A stretch of DNA of 64,000 nucleotides from Octopus vulgaris (GCA_951406725.2 OX597838.1:5828001-5892000), one strand, 5' to 3'; positions 14,615-30,338 are shown, counted from the first letter of the stretch. The notes: generated by a model from the sequence alone, not told the origin. Numbers and translations are program-made.

Positions 14615-15570
14615 CCAGACATGGCTGTGTTTAGGTAACCGCGTGCTTATGTGGTTAAGAAAATCGGTTTGGAAATTAAGTGGTTTCAGTTTGGGGGTCT
14701 CAGAGGACGGCAGTTTGCGCGAGCCTTTTCTCGTATACTTTGGGTTAAACTAATGGTTCATGAATGAATTTGGTAGACGAAAACTGTGTGGAAGCTCGTT
14801 TTACAAACACAAACGTGACGGATAGATATATATGTAGAGTAGACAGGCAGCTGTATATAGAGAGAATAAGAGAAAGAGCGTGAAGTGTTTATGAATACGT
14901 GTGTGTGTATGTGTGTGTGTGTTTGCCTTTGCATTTGCATCCTTCACAACTTGGCACCATGTGTTGATTTGCTTATGTCCTCATAACATACCTATTTCTT
15001 TACTACCCACAAGGGGCTGAACACAGAGGGGACAAACAAGGACAGACAAACGGATCAAGTCGATTATATCGACCCCAGTGAGTAACTAGTACTTATTTAA
15101 TCGACCCCCGAAAGGATGAAAGGTAAAGTCGACCTCGGTGGAATTTGAACTCACAACGTAGCGGCAGACGAAAACATCTTTCTTTACTACCCACAAAGGG
15201 CTAAACACAGCGGGGACAAACAAGGACAGACAAGACAAAGGGATTAAGTCGATTATATCGAACCCAGTGAGTAACTAGTATTTATTTAATCGACCCCGAA
15301 AGGATGAAAAGTAAAGTCGACCTCGGCGGAATTTGAACTGAGAGCGTAGGAGCAGTAGACGAAATATCACTAAGCATTTCGCCCGGTGTGCTAACGATTC
15401 TGCCAGCTCGCTGCCTTTGCTCATAACATACCTGTTACGTCACGGGAGACGGACAGAACGAACAGGCAGCGGACTTAGATACATGAAATAGGTGTTGATC
15501 TGTTCGACTGAAGAATTCAATGCGGTGCTCCAGCTTTGTCGCAGTCTGATAAACTGAAACAAATACAACA
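14615..15570 (+). mobile_element. old SINE-A-like copy interrupted by a younger SINE-B dimer
   Basis: Degenerate head, gaatttggtagacgaaaactg, then after the insertion gcggtgctccagc...actgaaacaa. Confidence 0.55.
14994..15419 (-). mobile_element. SINE family B: head plus tandem duplicated body, 14-bp TSD
   Basis: CTCATAACATACCT at 14980-14993 and 15420-15433; two ~185-nt bodies. Confidence 0.9.
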
Positions 15571-17326
15571 CTTACAACGGCGAAATCTACAGCAGCAGCA
15601 GCAACAACAACAACAGCGACGACGACGGTGAATGAAAACAGCAACAACAACAAAAAATGGCAACGCAGTGAAGTCTTGTAATTTGTCAGCTGAGAGTCTT
15701 GAGTGTTCTTACTGCGATTCTTCAAAACAACAATAAATCATTGATGGGTCATTATCGAACTAATGAAATTAGTAAATACTTGTATGAGAAATTCACAAGT
15801 GGATTGATATCTCGTCTCCGCTGCGGAGATAGATTTCTACAACGTTTCGCGAGAATCGACGCCATTTGTATTCTCAAATATACGGGCCTTTCACACTCAC
15901 ATACACTCACACACTCAAACACACACACACTCGCACATGCTCAACACATGTGCATATACACTGACACACAGAGGTGCGTATACACACACTTACACACACA
16001 CGCACGCATATGCTCACACAAACACATAGACTCACACTCACACACATGTGTGTCTACCTTTGCTTATTTCAATGAAGATGATGATGATGATGATGGTGAT
16101 CGCTACTGCGGTGGCGGCATTGGTGGTGGTGTTGGTGGTCGTAGTGGTTTATGGTTGTGATGTTGGTGTTGTAGCTGATGGGTGGTTGGGTCTATGACGA
16201 CAACGAAAATGGTGATGATGAATATGGTGGTTGTGTTGGTGATGGTAGTGGTGTTGATGTTGTTGGTGCTACCGATGATGGCGACGAAAATAGTGGTGGT
16301 ACTGATGGTTTCATTTTTCTCAGTGTTGTTTGATGGCGGGGAGGGAGAATTTTCTAGAACAGACTGCGATTTCTACAAGAATTTACACCAGAAAAAAAGG
16401 CAACAAAAAAAAAATGAAAATCGCATTTGGTATGTATATGTGTGTGTTGAGTCATACAGACGTGTCTACGTATGTGTGCAATTATCCTGTGTGTGTGTGC
16501 GAACACATGGGTCTGTTTGTGTGTGTATGTGTACAAGTAACCTAGTGTATGTCTTGTCTTGAGTTGTGCGCTTTGTGTATGTGTATATGTGTGCGCGTCC
16601 GTATAGACTTGTGTATGTGTGTATGCGTATGGAGGTGTGTATATGTGCGAGGCTAACACGCACACACGCACCATATGAAGGTGAGAGAACGAAAGAAAAA
16701 TTGGAAATATTACATAAAATATGCGAGCACTCGTATGATGCATTCTTACTATTACAGTAATAAGATGCAGTTCAAGTATGTCACGCGAACCCTGATCACC
16801 AAGGACGCCAGACTTCTCTTCACTGTTTTTCCACGATCTACAGACGAATTATAATTGACGTGCCATTTGCCCTAAACATATTCAGAGTGGTTATATTCCC
16901 TGTATAAAATCACTTTTATTTTCACTTTCGCCTCTCTTGCATTGTGGCACGTGAAGATAAATCGATACTCTAAATGAGAGGATTGTATTTTTACTTTATC
17001 GAAGTTGAACCATAGATGAAACATAGTTAGAAGGGGAGACAATTAGCAAACTGATCGACATTAATGTTTTTTACGTTTTCAGGAGGTCACACACATACAG
17101 ACATACGCACCTAAAATGATAGTCACACTCACATACAAGCACACTGTCCTTTCTCTCTCTCTCTCTCTCTCTATTTTTCTCTCTATTACACACACATACA
17201 CACACACACACACACACTCATACACACACATATTAATATAATGTCGATATAAAATAATATATGTAAACGTTACACCGGAGGATGAAGCAATAATTTTTAA
17301 AATATTCAAAATTTTGATTTGTAATG

Positions 17327-17542
17327 AAGGCAGCGATATGGCAGAATCGTTAGCACACTGAGAGAAATGCTTAGGGGTATTTCGTTTGTATTTAGGTTCT
17401 GAGTTCAAACTCCGCCGAGGGCGACTTTGCCTTTCATCATTTCGGATTCAATAAATTAAGTACCAGTTGCGGGCTGGGGTTGATCTAATCGACAGGCCTC
17501 CTTCCCCCAAAAATTTCGGACCTTGTGCCTACAGTAGAAAAT
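17327..17542 (+). mobile_element. SINE family B (B2-type tail), full length
   Basis: tggcagaatcgttag A-box-like and gagttcaaactcc B-box-like motifs; core gactttgcctttcatc...taagtaccag. Confidence 0.88.
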
Positions 17543-17994
17543 AATTTTAATTTGTAATGAATCTATTGACAATGACTACGAGATGATGTCTATTTGACGC
17601 CAACAAACTACACACACAAACACACACACACACATGTATTTGACACAATCGCCTACTTTCACTATCACGAAAACCTCTGGCATGTGCTGTTTGTAGTAAT
17701 TTTGTCTATGAGATGCGATGGTATATGAGGCCATCGTTCTTCTAAGGATGAATTGGATTTAAGCAATGACGTAACAGCAGAAGCATCTGTAAAAACCAAC
17801 AACAGCGATGACAACACAAATGACCACCAAAACTGTCAGACACATTGCAACTATAAATATCATAGAAGTCAAATTTCCGTCAGATAGAGTCCTAAAGGGA
17901 AATGTATGAACATATGCGTTTCAGAAGACGTAGGCAAAATATCTAGCCATACATGCACCCATCTTCTCCAACCAAAATTCCTGATAGAATGTGG

Positions 17995-18224
17995 TTACTC
18001 TTTACTCTTTTACTTGTTTCAGTTATTTGACTGCGACCATGCTGGACCAACGCCTTTAGTCGAGCAAATCGACCCCCATTGTAAGCCTAGCACTTATTCT
18101 ATCGAGCTCCTTTTACCGAAGCGCAAAGTTACGGTGACGTAAACATATCAGCATCGGTTGTCAAGCAATGTTGGGGGGACAAACCCAGACACGCAAACAT
18201 ATAAACACACATACATATATATAC

Positions 18225-18255
<31 letters not shown>

Positions 18256-18389
18256 GATCCACTCACAAGGCTTTGGTAGGCCCGAGGCTATAGTAGAAGG
18301 CACTTGCCGAAGGTCCCACGCTGTGGGACTGAACCCGGAATAATGTGGTTCGTAAACAAGCAACTTACCACACAGCCACTCCTACCCCT
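17995..18389 (-). mobile_element. SINE family A, near full length
   Basis: Reverse complement of the 35363 copy, with internal TA tract and a tactctttactctttt tail. Confidence 0.88.
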
Positions 18390-18722
18390 GGTTGGGATAC
18401 AAATTTCAGGCTCCTCGTGCATAAGAATATAGGAGAGGCAACCTCTATTGCAAATTCTGGTTTATTCTCATGCGCGACCAATTCAAACTACGAACTACGT
18501 TTAAAAGGTATTCAACTTAAATTTTCGTGCCTCCATTAATGCTGCGTGAGGAAAAATAGTTTTGGAGGACGGTGATCGAAGCTTCCTAGACAAAGAAAAA
18601 AATCATTTTCGGGTTCATACATCTAAACACACGTATATGTATGTCGCTAACTATTTGTCTCATTACATATATACACATACAAATATATATATATGTGTGT
18701 GGGTATAAGGATAGATATATAT

Positions 18723-18753
<31 letters not shown>

Positions 18754-18756
18754 TAC

Positions 18757-18799
<43 letters not shown>

Positions 18800-19006
18800 C
18801 AGATAGATAAATAAATAGATAGAGAGATATATAGATAGATGGATAGATAGTTAAATAGATAGATAGGTAGATTGATAGATAAATACTTAGATATATAGAT
18901 GGGTAGATAGATAAATGGATAGATAGATAAGATGGATAGATAGATAAATAGATAAATAGATAGATAGATAGATAGATAGATATATATATAGATAGATAGA
19001 TAGATT

Positions 19007-19043
<37 letters not shown>

Positions 19044-19393
19044 GCAGACATAGAGACAGAGAGGATTCCATAGAAATAATTACTCGAAAAATATCAATTT
19101 ACGTCTTCTTTCTCTCGTAAAATGTACAGATGTCCAGTTAATTTATTTTTATATTCCACTGAGTCTTTTTTCTTTTTCATCTAGACACACTATCCTCGTC
19201 AATTTTTGGAAGTTAAAGTGAAAACACAGTAAAAGAACAGTGTTGGATGTATTTCCATTCTGAAGAAAAGCAATAAGTGTATGTGTCTTTACGAATGTTT
19301 AAAAATAGAGACGTATATATGTATAAACATGTGTGAGGACTCGTTCCTGTGTTGCACTAGGTGTATGGTTATATATATATATATATCCATGAA

Positions 19394-19650
<257 letters not shown>

Positions 19651-19681
19651 CGTGCGTATGTGTCGGACTGTCTGCCAATAA

Positions 19682-19753
<72 letters not shown>

Positions 19754-19825
19754 TACAGTCGTACACGCGCACGTATACACACATACTCATTCAAACATAT
19801 AATCCTATACGCACACACACATACG

Positions 19826-20286
19826 TACCTGGACGTGCTGAAAAGTTCCTGTTTTGGGGTAAAAGGGGAGAAAAAGAGGTTCAGTCAATTATGATTTTAT
19901 TCAACATATTACCCTCTCAGATTCACACACTGAATGCAGCAGTCTTTCAGTATTTCTACGGCGAGCTGGCAGAAACGTTAGCACGCCGGTCGAAATGCTG
20001 AGTGGTATTTCGTCTGCCGCTAGGTTCTGAGTTCAAATTCCGCCAAGGTCGACTTTGCCTTTCATCCTTTTGGGGTCGATTATATAAGTACCAGTTATGC
20101 ACTGGGGTCGATGTAGTTGACTTAATCCGTTTGTCTGTCCTTGATTGTCCTCTCTGTGTTTAGCCCCTTGTGGGTAGTAAAGAAATAAGTATTTCTAAGC
20201 CCTGTAAGAGATCTCAGAAGGTCGGGCCTTCAACCAGGCCCTTCGCGACACCTTTACACCCAGGAAAGTTTCAACACTCCATCATA
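19826..20286. mobile_element. mariner-type MITE with a nested SINE
   Basis: Imperfect TIRs gtgctgaaaagttcctg / caggaaagtttcaacac, TA-flanked. Confidence 0.65.
19959..20187 (+). mobile_element. SINE family B, full length, 10-bp TSD
   Basis: AGTATTTCTA at 19949-19958 and 20188-20197. Confidence 0.92.
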
Positions 20287-20560
20287 TATATTAATATATG
20301 TAGACACATATATGTAGACACATACGTAGACACATAAAGGAATATTGTGTTTCTAAAAAATGGAGAACCATTTCCTCTGTATTTTTTTTTAGTTTTCTTT
20401 CGAAAATATCGAAAACTATATTATGTCAAAATGGAAAAGAAACTCTCTGTGGAATATAAAACGAAATTAACTGGACATTTGTACATTTTATGAGAGGATG
20501 AAGATGTAATGTGATATTTTGTGTAATTATTTCTTATTCTTTGCTGTCCAATCTATCTAA

Positions 20561-20702
<142 letters not shown>

Positions 20703-21229
20703 CTCTATCTACCTATATGTCTGTGTGTCTGTGTGTCTGTCTGTCTCTCTCTCTATCTATAACTTACCCTATCACTCTATCCTCCTATTTATCTATCTAT
20801 CAATCTACCTATCTAACTATCTATCTATCTATCTATCTCTCTCTCTCTCTATCTATCTCCCCCTCTCTCTCTATCTATCTATCTATCTACCTATCTATCT
20901 GTCTGTTTATCCATCTATCTACCCCCTGCTTCATCAAAGAAGAATAGCATCTTAACGACGAATGATTATTCATAATACCATTCTTTAACACAAGGGATCT
21001 AGGACAGCCTGTATTTCGACAACGCTGGGCATCTTCAGCGAGACGCACACTAGCCTTATGTATATTACAAATTTTGAAAGCACTAGTCTTTATCTGCATC
21101 TCCTTTCTACTGTAAAGGTATATCTAAGGTGGAAATTAACGCTAATGATATAGATATACCTAGGTCATGTTGTGCCCATTCCCTTGTATCAGTTAGGTGT
21201 TGTATATCTGCCGCTTTCATTATCTTGTC

Positions 21230-21670
21230 TTTTACTTATTATGATCATTGGACTCTGGCCATACTGGGCCAAGGCTTTGAAGTATTTTAGTGGATCAGAT
21301 CGATCCTTGTTGTCAACTGATAATCGAGAATACACGTAAGATACAAACATAAGATACACATCAAAATTACAATAATTTGACTGAGTAGTAACTGCCTATC
21401 CGCATGAGGTCGCAAAACTCCTAGAATCTCATCCACAAACACACACACACACACACACACTCAAAAGACAGCCACACACACACACACGGACAAACACAGA
21501 CGCATAGACAGACACACACACCACACACAGATGCATACACACATGATGGAATAATATCATTTTCCATCTATGAAATCCGCTGTAAACGCTTTGTTCGGCC
21601 CGAAGCTATAGTATTACACAATTGCTCAGAGAAACAGACCGGAGGATTGAACACAAAATCAAGAGGCTGA
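21230..21670 (-). mobile_element. old SINE-A-like remnant
   Basis: ctttgttcggcccgaagctatagta plus a degenerate 3' part, with internal (CA)n. Confidence 0.45.
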
Positions 21671-22660
21671 GAGAGAGACAGAGAGAGAGAGAGGGACACA
21701 CACAGTCACACACACATACACACACACTCACACAATCGTACACACTCACATAGGTATGCATATATACATATATGAACATACTTATATATGCGTGTTTGTA
21801 TATAACAAATACGTAAATTTTTGCAAAAAGATTTCAACAAAACGGAAATAATTTTTTCTGTGAGAGAAATATTTGACAATATGAGGCATAACTATGTTTT
21901 ACAACATTTAAATTGGTTTACGTATTCGAAACAATAACTCAAAACCAAATTAAAATAACGATGAGGTATCATAGAATGAAAGCATGAAAAATAAACTGAT
22001 ATTCGTTCACAAAACAGCAAATATTTATTGTTTTTCTTCGGTATTTGTATTGTAATATTATAGTATTTATGTCATGTTCCACCATAATGATTTTTTAAAA
22101 ATACAATTATATATTCATTATTATATGTTAGCTATTCTGTGTTCGTGACTTTTTGCATGATACGTGAATGCATGCTACATATACATGTCTGTTTGAGTGC
22201 GCGTGTAGACGTCTCTGTCTATATGTATGAACGCGTGTAGGTATGCGTGTGTGTGTGTATGCAGCTTAGCATGTGCATCTCAAATATATTGATAAAGCAC
22301 GAAATGAATCATAAGAAGCTAAAAATCATAACGGACTAAAAATTGAATCAGAGATAAGAAGCGAACAGTTGAGGAAGAAGCAGATAGAAAATATGGAATG
22401 TTATAAAACGGAAAATGAAGAACGGAAAACGATAAAAAATAAAAATTAAGATGTATATAGGTTAAAAGCGTTATCCTCCGTATACTTTGAATATTAGAAG
22501 GCTGGGAAGATGGCAATAAATTAATTTGGTATAGGCGGAATGTTCTAATGCTTCAAAATGTTCTTCGATAGTTTTCCATTTTGGATTTAATACAAAATAT
22601 AGAATTTCTATTTCTTTTTACATTGTAACTAGTGTTAAATTTGTTATTATAATGACTGCT

Positions 22661-22878
22661 GAAGGCAGCGTGCTGGGAGAATCGTTAGGACGCCGGAAGA
22701 AATATTTAGTGGTATTTCGTCTGTCTTAACGTTCTGAGTTCAAATTCCGCCAAGGTCGACTTTGCCTTTCATACTTTCGGGGTCAATAAATTAAGCACCA
22801 GTTGTCTACTGGGGTCGATCTAATCAACTGGTTCCTCCCCCAAAATTTCAGGCCTTGGGCCTAGAGTACAAAAGATTA
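22661..22878 (+). mobile_element. SINE family B (B2-type tail), full length
   Basis: Head, gagttcaaattcc B-box-like motif, core and cccccaaaatttcaggccttg tail. Confidence 0.88.
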
Positions 22879-23335
22879 TAATAATTGCGTGAATAGACTC
22901 ATGTTATTTACTTCGGCGGCGGCTATATATTATTTATATCCTCGTGGTTATGGTTATAACTTGCTGTATGTTTAATATTCTTAGGGCGTATCATATGCAT
23001 GCTTCTATTGTTATCGTAAATATATGTATTAACGTTGGTCTTCAGGTCTATCTTTTTAGTTTCTACCATGCTATTCATACGTTGGCTCCCTTTGTTCGAT
23101 ATATATTTATAGCGTGATCCATTAACTGTGTTATCAGTATTTATAGCATTATCCAATGGTCGGGTCCGGAGGTTATTGTTATTTAAATTATGTTTAGCTT
23201 TATAAACATGTTTATGGTCATTACTAACCATTACTAACTGTATGCAAACTAAGCTTAGTATATTTAATTTCCTGTTTATATCCAGCTTTTCCCACTGCAA
23301 TATTATATAGTTACTTATTATCGTTAAATATATCT

Positions 23336-23385
<50 letters not shown>

Positions 23386-23541
23386 TTAATATACCAAGCA
23401 GTATATATATATATATATTAATTTATATATATACACATATATATAAATAGCAGCCAAAAACTACTATTTCTTCAACTGCAAATAAAAGTCTCCAGACAAT
23501 GTATACTCTTATATATATATATATATATATATATAAATATA

Positions 23542-23596
<55 letters not shown>

Positions 23597-23597
23597 G

Positions 23598-23642
<45 letters not shown>

Positions 23643-23671
23643 GATATATATATATGTATATATAAATAGAT

Positions 23672-23719
<48 letters not shown>

Positions 23720-23754
23720 TATATACATATATACACATATATATGTGTATACAC

Positions 23755-23795
<41 letters not shown>

Positions 23796-23869
23796 ATATA
23801 TATATATATATATATATTGTGTGTGTGTGTATAGTATAGTGTGTGTATAGTATAACCCTTTACGAAAAT

Positions 23870-24180
23870 CTTGAATAAGATGAATCTTAAGATTATAATA
23901 ACAGAGGGAAAGAGACTCGCAATGATGTGCAGAGCACACATGCAGTGATAAACTTCAAAATTAGGAATGCTGTCAATAGAATAATGCGTTTGGGAGACGG
24001 TTCAGAAACAGGACAATGGTATACAATAGGGAGACTGCGAGGAGTTGATATGGATGGAAGCATTTTTAGAACATTGAGACTCGTTTAATGACATAGATGT
24101 TCAGATACTAAAACTCATAGAAGGGTTATACGACCAGATAGATAACAGAGGCCACGTGCATAGTTAAAGATAGACCTACC
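23870..24180 (+). mobile_element. possible degenerate LINE reverse-transcriptase fragment (RTE-like)
   Basis: SFNDIDVQILKLIEGLYDQ/(frameshift)TEATCIVK resembles the segment following the KAFD motif of RTE reverse transcriptases. Confidence 0.3.
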
Positions 24181-24701
24181 CTGAGAGGAAACACGAATAG
24201 AGTAACACCCAAACTCCACAATGTTATAGAACTGGACGACTTGAGACATAATCAGAAGTGGAAACGATACACAGACACAAACAGTATAATAGATAAAACC
24301 ATACACACACACACACAAATATTAAAAACAAACTAATGAAATGAAATAAGACAGGAGTACATACAGCGTAGTTAGTAAACCCATATACAGGCACAGAAAA
24401 TACATACTAAACGCATTGATACGCGCACACAAAGAAAATGATCCAAACAGACGTCGAGATAAGGATACATTCCAAAGAACGACAGTGGCATAGGTAGAGC
24501 AATATGAGGCTGGTGTGATAAAGAGTCATTGCGGAGCTCACAGCATGTATGACAAAAGTGCATTGACAAAGAAGTTAAAATGTTTATAATGATAAAACTG
24601 AATTAAACGTCAAATATATAGTGCATGTATATAATTGGTAAAATATGACCACCGACAATTATATATATATATATATATTGATAAAACGGTAAGATAACAA
24701 A

Positions 24702-24759
<58 letters not shown>

Positions 24760-24761
24760 AA

Positions 24762-25056
24762 TATAATAATAAGGTTTTTTGCAACAAATTGCTTAAACCA
24801 CATACCGAAAACATTAGAAATAGCAGCCAAAAGACTACTATTTCGTTTTACTACAAAAATAAATCTCCACAGACAACAATAGTAGTCTTTTGGTTGCTAT
24901 TTCTAATATTTTCGGTATGTGGTTTAAGCAACTTGTTGCAAAAAAACCTTATTATTATAATTATATAAATCTTTACCGAATATGGTCCTTTTCCATACCG
25001 AAATACTACTAGGTGAAATTTGTTGATTTTTAAATTAATTATATTTCACCTTATAT
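24762..25056. mobile_element. short foldback element in (TA)n: arms 24762-24842 and 24878-24959 plus a right tail
   Basis: ~80-bp arms with few mismatches. The tail ends in hairpin AGGTGAAAT/ATTTCACCT. A related fragment lies at ~23446-23505. Confidence 0.75.
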
Positions 25057-25075
25057 CTGTAATGGCTATATACAT

Positions 25076-25144
<69 letters not shown>

Positions 25145-25149
<5 letters not shown>

Positions 25150-25373
25150 GTTATCCCGTAAATAGTGCATTATTTTTTCAGATTCATGAAGTAAAATTCG
25201 GAGAGGAAAGGGTTAAACTACCTGCATCAACTTGCTATAAAAAGCAGGTAGTAATTTTACCTTGTACTTATTCGTAGTGCAATTTTTGAAGAGTGCTTTT
25301 CGATTTTAAGATTTATTTTTTTTCAAAGCAATATTGAAAATGACAAAAGATCATATTCGGCATATTTTGCTTT
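25145..25373 (+). mobile_element. mariner left end with start of transposase
   Basis: TIR-like tatgggttatcccgtaaatagtgc after a TA tract; ends in MTKDHIRHILL, a mariner N-terminal motif, cut off by a SINE. Confidence 0.6.
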
Positions 25374-25488
25374 GGTCGGCCCGAGGCTATAGTAGAAAAC
25401 ACTTGCTCATGATTGCAAGCAGTGGAACTGAACCTGGATGCATGTTGTTGATAAGCAAGCTAAGTACCATACAGCTACTTCTGCACCT
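25369..25488 (-). mobile_element. SINE family A 5' part
   Basis: ctttggtcggcccgaggctatagtagaaaacacttgc...agtggaactgaacc. Confidence 0.8.
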
Positions 25489-26412
25489 TTTTATATATAT
25501 ATATATATAGTCATTAGTACATTCCATCATGAATACAGCCGTACCCACCTGTATATATGCAATATATATGTAGTAGAGCAAGAAAACTATGAAACCAAAG
25601 TAATGAGTGAGAAACCAATAAAGTTGGTCTCTTGGGAAGATCGCATGCCTCTGCCTAAACGGTAGCTTTATATTTTTATGTGTAACATTTTAAACTTCTG
25701 CCATCTATTTTAATCTCTGCCAGCATAACCCTTCACCGACTAACGCTGTTTTATTTCATCTTATATGCTTTCTCTCTCACGTTCTTGACGTTCTTCCGTA
25801 TTTTCTTGATAATCAACATCTATTTCATCTAGCATTCCCTGTCTTCATATATTTATAAGTCTATTTCTAAATGTGTAGATTTTTCAGTAGACACATTTGA
25901 GTACTCTGGTGCTTGGCTCTACCGCATCTATTCTAGTGTTGCTTTGGGAATAACATGTTACAATATGTAAGATAATTTACACTAGCGTAATTTGAAATGT
26001 TATTTATGAAACTTTACCTACATGGCTATTCGAACTGTACAACTGAGCCTTAACTAGGCTCACATTCAGTCTTAAACACATTTGGTTCTGTTTTCCAAAA
26101 CACTCTTCGCAATGTACCAGCAAACACGAGTAACGTTTGATCATCATACTAGAAACTTTCGCACCTCAGGGTTTCAATATACAAATGTTACGAGATGGTA
26201 ACTATTACTGCATATATAATGCATATGACAGGACATGCATTGTTTTATACACTCTGCTGATTTGTTGTCATCGTCTTCTTCTTCTTCTTCTTCTTCTTCT
26301 TCTTCTTCTTCTTCTTCTTCTTCTTCTTCTTCTTCTTCCTCTTCTCCTCTCCTCGTCATCGTCGTTGTTCTTGTTCTTGTTGTTATCATTATTCTTTATT
26401 CTTTTCTTTTCT

Positions 26413-26803
26413 TCTTTTACTTGTTTCAGTTATTTTTTACTGCAGCCATGCTGGAGCACCGCCTTTTGTCGAGCTAATCGACCCCAGTACTTATTCTTTG
26501 TAAGCCTAGCAATTATTCTATCGCTTTCTTTTTTCGAACTGCTAGGTTACAGGGACGTAAACACATCAGCATCGGTTGTCAAGTGATGTCTGGGAGACAA
26601 ACACAGACACACAAACAGATACACACATACATATACATATATACCACGGGCGTCTTTCTGTTTCCGTCAACCAATTCAACTAAAAAAAGGCTTTGATCGG
26701 CCCCAGGCTATGGTAGAAGACACTTGCCCAAGGTGCCACGCAGTGGGACTGGACCCGGAACCATGTGGTCAGTAAGCAAACTAATTACCACACTACGCCT
26801 ATA
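26413..26803 (-). mobile_element. SINE family A, full length
   Basis: Colinear reverse complement of the 35363-35772 copy. Confidence 0.9.
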
Positions 26804-26848
26804 TTATTATTATTATTATTACTACTATTATTACTATTATTATTATTA

Positions 26849-26906
<58 letters not shown>

Positions 26907-27268
26907 CATACTCCTATTTTTCGTGCAATTGCTGCTTATCCCGTGTTATAAATGTGATTTTAATGCATGCACGCTGCAAAATTTATATGCTCTGACTTAT
27001 TTATCACTGCATATATTAATGTACACAGCTGTTAGAAGATTAAAATTTCTACGAGTGCTTCACAGTTGGAGATTGCGGCTCAAAATATGTCTATTATCTT
27101 TGGTGCTCATTGTCTCTTATTTTAAACTACTACGCTTCTCTGCTTCGCTTTGTTTTTCTCTCAGTAGTTTATTTTGCCATTGTATCTTTACATTGTATTT
27201 TGCCATTGTATTTTAAGTATCAAACTTAATGAATCACAACTCACAAACGCAAAGAAGAATGCAAAGAA

Positions 27269-27308
27269 CCACTGACGAGGTCACAGAAGTGTGACGAAAA
27301 AATTCTGG
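27269..27308 (+). ncRNA. minimal hammerhead ribozyme motif (one extra nt after the core)
   Basis: CCA-CTGACGA-G-GTCAC-AGAAGT-GTGAC-GAA-AA-AA-TT-C-TGG; triplet TTC. The downstream sequence (27355-27470) recurs at ~60760-60870, so it belongs to a repeat. Confidence 0.55.
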
Positions 27309-27480
27309 CCGAAAATAAATTACTATAAAATAAAGATGAAGGAAGCAAACACCAAATATATAGTGCGTGTGATTTCCTTGCCTAAATTTGCAACACGACC
27401 GTCCTTAAATACAACAATATCTGTTTCAACACACGAGCTAGCATCAAGGATATTTCAAAACGAATACATAAACGTAACTG

Positions 27481-27632
<152 letters not shown>

Positions 27633-27841
27633 GTACATAGATATACACATAAAAGCAAGTAATGAAGATGGCTAGATAAACCGATGAATTATGTCGCTGA
27701 TTTACAGCCATAGATCCATTAGATAAAGTATCCGATAGACGGCAATCTAGCTAGGTAACTATATCGATAGTTAGGTGGGCAGATACATTTCTATAGAAAT
27801 TAGAGATAAGTATATAGGAGAGATTGACAGATAAAAAAATA

Positions 27842-27896
<55 letters not shown>

Positions 27897-27952
27897 TATA
27901 TATGTTTATATATATTGATGTATGGGTTTCACTACATGTAGTATATTACACT

Positions 27953-27997
27953 CGCTATTAATGGTTTCACGTACATGACAAGTACGTTCATCAGGCG
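27953..27997 (-). ncRNA. minimal type-I hammerhead ribozyme motif
   Basis: Minus strand: CGC-CTGATGA-ACGTAC-TTGTCAT-GTACGT-GAAA-CCATTA-ATA-GCG. Perfect 6-bp stem II, 3-bp stem I, weakened stem III. Sits in a ~230-bp insert between TA tracts. Confidence 0.7.
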
Positions 27998-28153
27998 CTG
28001 ATTATTCTATGTAACCAAGAAGTTTAAATAGGGAATTGGTGAGAGGCCTTGCTAAAACACATCATACATAATGGAAGAATCCACTACAAACTACAAGGGT
28101 ACTACGAAATTGAACCGATGCAGAGCGTACAGATGAATTTAGATTGTAAATAA

Positions 28154-28187
<34 letters not shown>

Positions 28188-28306
28188 TCACATACGTATA
28201 TATATATGTATGAGTCTAAATATATATATATATATATATATATATCCATATACCTATATATATATATATGTATGAGTCTAAATATATATATATATATATC
28301 CATATA

Positions 28307-28349
<43 letters not shown>

Positions 28350-28378
28350 TTACACATAGATAAATATATATAGACAGG

Positions 28379-28418
<40 letters not shown>

Positions 28419-28649
28419 GAGATAATAGATGGATAGATATATAGATAGATGGACAGAAATACAGATAAACAGAAGAAATTGTATACGAATTGTTCTCATT
28501 GGACAGCAGTATTGAATGAGTCAAGTCGGCATTTAAATTTTTCTTCATCTCTTTCTAAATTTTACGTTGCATTTGACATACATTGTAAATAAAAGGAGTT
28601 TAAAAAGTGGACACATCTCTACGCACATATGTACGCAAATACGCATGCG

Positions 28650-28991
<342 letters not shown>

Positions 28992-29047
28992 TATATCTAT
29001 ATATATGAAAATGTACATATATCTATATATGTGAAAATGTATATATG

Positions 29048-29078
<31 letters not shown>

Positions 29079-29446
29079 TCCTCTTTCAACTGACTCCAAA
29101 CTATTTATATAAATAATGGTGTTTTATTGCATTGCAGTTCTGTGATTAATGTTTACAGGCTAAATAAATGTATAGATGTCAACACGAAAAGTGTGGTAGG
29201 GTGAATGGAAGCAGACCAAATATCTTGCCTAGAAATTTATTGCTATCGATATAAAATAAGTACAGTTTAAGTGGCATTTATTGAAAAGCATTTCACTTTC
29301 TGCATATGTTTCATTTTCGTTGACATTTATTGTGATACATGAGCGAAATTTTAAAATGATCGACAATTTTCCTTTAGCACAAAGCATGGCGTTCTCCTGA
29401 CAAAACAGACTAAGCAAAAACGAACAAAAAAAAATTAATAAGAGCA

Positions 29447-30197
<751 letters not shown>

Positions 30198-30338
30198 TGT
30201 TCTTGTTTCCAATTTAACTCCAAAAATCAAACAAAATCACTAGATAGATTCTGAGGATGCTTGCATATGTGTATTAGTGTACAGACAAACCTAGATATGT
30301 GTGTGTGTGTTAGTGTGCATAGACGCATACACACACAG

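Noticed and set aside
21013-21038. Minus-strand CTGAAGA...GAAA
   Set aside because: Stem II is poor and stem I does not pair.
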